NCBI GenBank assembly: GCA_012295275.1
Contig: CM022674.1
Coordinates: 10,912,001 to 10,976,000, forward strand
Reading direction: 5' to 3'
Source: Chrysomallon squamiferum
Lineage: Eukaryota > Animalia > Mollusca
Length of the DNA: 64,000 bases
Shown piece after piece: positions 1-64,000 of the stretch. A model generated the notes under the pieces. The model was not told the origin of the DNA. It worked only from the letters and a program-made list of their open reading frames with translations, and ran no database searches. Position 1 is the stretch's first letter. Each line of letters starts with the position of its first letter. The translations under genes and the position numbers were made by a program.

Positions 1-39
1 TTGATTTATTTCTGATCAGCTTATTTGTTTATTTGTTTG

Positions 40-43
<4 letters not shown>

Positions 44-77
<34 letters not shown>

Positions 78-153
78 TGTGTGTTTGTGTGTGTGTGTGT
101 CTGTCTGTGTGTGTGTGTGTGTCTGTGTGTTTGTGTGTGTGTGTGTCTGTGTG

Positions 154-186
<33 letters not shown>

Positions 187-225
187 TGTCTGTGTGTTTG
201 TGTTTGTGCGTGTTCATTTGTGTGT
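44..225. repeat. (GT)n compound microsatellite
   Basis: Visible dinucleotide run; source of the first four spurious ORFs. Confidence 0.95.
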
Positions 226-562
226 TTTATTTCATTGTTAGTTTTTCTGTTTTGTTCGATCAGCTACTTTTTCATTTGTTCATTTATTTTGCCGTTCACA
301 ATGGTTTATTTATGTGTTTATGTGAATAATGGTTTCTTTAACCTTGAACATGTATTTGTATGTAGAGTACGATAATTAGTTTTATAAACATATTTACTGA
401 TTGAGGTATTTATTATTATTTATAATCAAGAACAATACACACACAAAGCCATAAATTCAATCATATTCATAGAGACAGATACACCCACAAACGTACATAT
501 ACACATAAATAGAAAAATAACAGAAAATAGTAATAACAAATAATAGTTGTTATTTATTTTTA

Positions 563-594
<32 letters not shown>

Positions 595-2269
595 GGCAGA
601 TTGCCAAGGGAAATTACTCTGTTTTTTTTCTTTGATCACAATTTGCGCTTGTTTGTCCAAATTATTTTTCCTGGTATCGCAGTTGTGAAATTTTTGTTAT
701 AAGTTATCTGCTACACAAGGCGTGTTAAACATATTTAGCTTATAATGCTTAAAATAAGTTTAAGAAAAATTACATTAATGTTCATTTGTATTAAAAAATA
801 AATTATCTTGATAATAAGAAAAAAATCAGTTACGACAAAAATAAATTTTATCTAAATCGGAATAAAAAGAAAGAAAAAAAAAGAACTCAAATACGAACGG
901 AATGGGATTTTCCTTTTTATTCGAGGGTGTTTCGTTTTATTTTTATTTAATTGGGAGGTAGGGGTGGTACAGTGTTTCTCCGTAATATATAATATTGTTT
1001 AAATTTTGCACAAAATTTCACATGAATTCTCTCTGTAATCCCGAAGAACGCAGAAATAATAATATATAAATAAAGAAAATTCAAACACATGAACATTAAA
1101 CGAAATTAAATAAATAGATTTTAAAATAAATAAAAATATAGTAAGAAAGAGGGCAATTTTTTTTTTATAGAGTAATAATAATAAATCGAAATATTCAAAT
1201 TTTGTTTACTAATATGTTAGATAATTTTTTCAGGGCATTAAGCTCATGACGAATGATTATAGCTGGAGGCAAAACTGATATTAAGATTTTCCCTCATTTC
1301 TTCAAATTATAACACAGTTGTCACCAGTACAAGATGTTAATCATTTCTGTCACGTTAGTATTTACTATTTTACTTGAAATTAATACTATAACCCAAGTTT
1401 CTACAAACAAATATAGCCAGCAGAAAGTATAGCTACACACAACACTGCTAGATAAGGATTAAAGAAAGAAAATAGTATTTACGAATGACAAAAATTACGA
1501 GAGAACTGTAATAACGACAACAATTGAAATGATATTAATGTCGACACTAATATATAATTATTGCTGTCAGTTTGACACTGTACTGCGATAATAATAATTT
1601 TTTAGTATGTTTGTTAATTAATGGTTTTTTTTTTAATTAATAAGTTGATAGTGGAAATTATAAGGGGTGGTGAAGATAATAGTAAAAGTAGCAGTAGTAG
1701 TAATAAAATATAAGCATCACTATTAGAAGTGGTAATAGCAATAGCAGTAGTAATAGAAATAGTAGGATGGAGTAGAAGTACTGTTCTGTAATCAGTGTTG
1801 TAATAGTATGCTAATAGTGATGCTAAAACTACTAATGACACTAGTTATTCTCTACTACTATTACTACTACTTCTATTATTATTGATGTTGCAGTGGTAGT
1901 GTCGGTGGTTGTGGTGTTGTTATCGAGGTGGTTGTGGTGTTGTTATGGAGGTGGTTGTGGTGTTGTTATGGAGGTGTCTGTAGTTGTATAAAACTATGTA
2001 ATTGGGGGTAAAAGGTTTCTCAAAACGCGTTCCATCTGACTGATCTCTCATCTGCTTACACATCGATTAACGATCGTTTTGGTTCGGTCATCCGTGGCCA
2101 CCTGTAACTCTCTTGGTCACTTTGTGGTCACAAATGGAAACAAAGGAGAATCCACGACTTTTAACGGGGGGGTCAAGAAAAGGCGAGAAAGAGCATTTTA
2201 CTGATACAAACAGAGCTGAACCCAGTGATTCAAAGCAACAGGCTCTACAGGATCTGATAAATTCGTTCT

Positions 2270-2984
2270 GTATATAAGAAAATTATGTCTTGTATGTAAG
2301 TGAAAAGTATTTGTTTTCCATCATTAGAGGGGTAAGACACAAGTACTCTCTCTAGAATCCACACTGGATCCGCAGCAGTGAAATCGGACCCGGATACGTT
2401 TTACAAAACGGGAATTTGTTTTGTTGTTCGCTCATTTTTAATTCTTTTTATATTCATTATAAAAATAACATGGTAAGCATGCAGATACATGCATGGTAAT
2501 TAATATTTAACTTTATTATAGCGTAAACAAAATTCATGAAGAAAAAAATAACGTGACAATTAATTAATTTCATTGTCCACTCAGTAACTTTCGTTCTGGT
2601 TGACCAGTGGTCAGTAAAAACAGACGTGTCTGAACGTATTTCTTAACCTGTATGTTATTTTGACAAAACATTTATTTCTTTACAGATGTCCCAACGCGTT
2701 TGCAATGAAGTTAACTCAAACGGCGTAAAAAATGAGAACTGATTTTTAATGTTTTCTTATACCAGTTCCTTTGGATTAATTATTTTGTTTACAAGGAGCC
2801 AATAGAAAAGAAGAAAAGAAAAACATATTTCGATATGTGTTCTTACGTTATTTGTGTACAGTGTTAATCAAAGAAAGAACAGCAGAAGAGTGTTTATTAA
2901 TTTCTGCAAAGAGATTTTAAAGTGAAAGTCAAAACGATACAACTGGTGTTCTTCGCTGGTTAAAACACTAGGCTGTGTGCAGCC
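2270..2984 (+). promoter_or_regulatory. Putative TATA box, upstream 5' exon and 5'UTR intron
   Basis: TATATAAG at 2271-2278; donor ATG|GTAAGC at 2472/2473; acceptor TTTCTTTACAG at 2685; CpG-containing region upstream of ATG 2985. Confidence 0.35.
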
Positions 2985-63945
<60,961 letters not shown>

Positions 63946-64000
63946 GTACATTTTTATTATTGTTGTTACTGTTTTTGTTGTTGTTGTTATTGATGCTATT

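Noticed and set aside
25-375. ORFs of poly-VC / poly-HT (also at 16192-17058, 50095-50708, 55874-56248)
   Set aside because: Translations of (GT)n/(CA)n microsatellites; no coding signal.

Overview
AT-rich, microsatellite-dense animal DNA (an invertebrate, probably a mollusc or other lophotrochozoan; this is inference from composition). Most long ORFs in the supplied track are microsatellite read-throughs or exon-plus-intron fragments. Reading by hand, nearly the whole window is one + strand gene. It has 86 coding exons from ATG 2985 to 63945, 12,606 coding nt (~4,200 aa), and runs off the right edge. Splice phases are consistent at every junction except exon 34, which is 1 nt short in an A6 run. 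Predicted protein order: signal peptide; vitellogenin-N/large lipid transfer (LLT) module; furin-type sites; amphipathic helical region; LECT2/M23-peptidase-like domain lacking its first Zn-binding His; two SAP-like motifs; 12 copies of a ~190-aa Cys-rich repeat, mostly encoded as a 4-exon cassette; a third furin-type site; a beta-rich region; and FN3-like modules. A second pattern is that at least 12 intronic duplications or arrays contain copies of the gene's own splice junctions (up to 27 extra copies). Some form potential in-frame micro-exons, and one exon has an inverted copy nearby. Domain calls are by-eye motif recognition, not database results.
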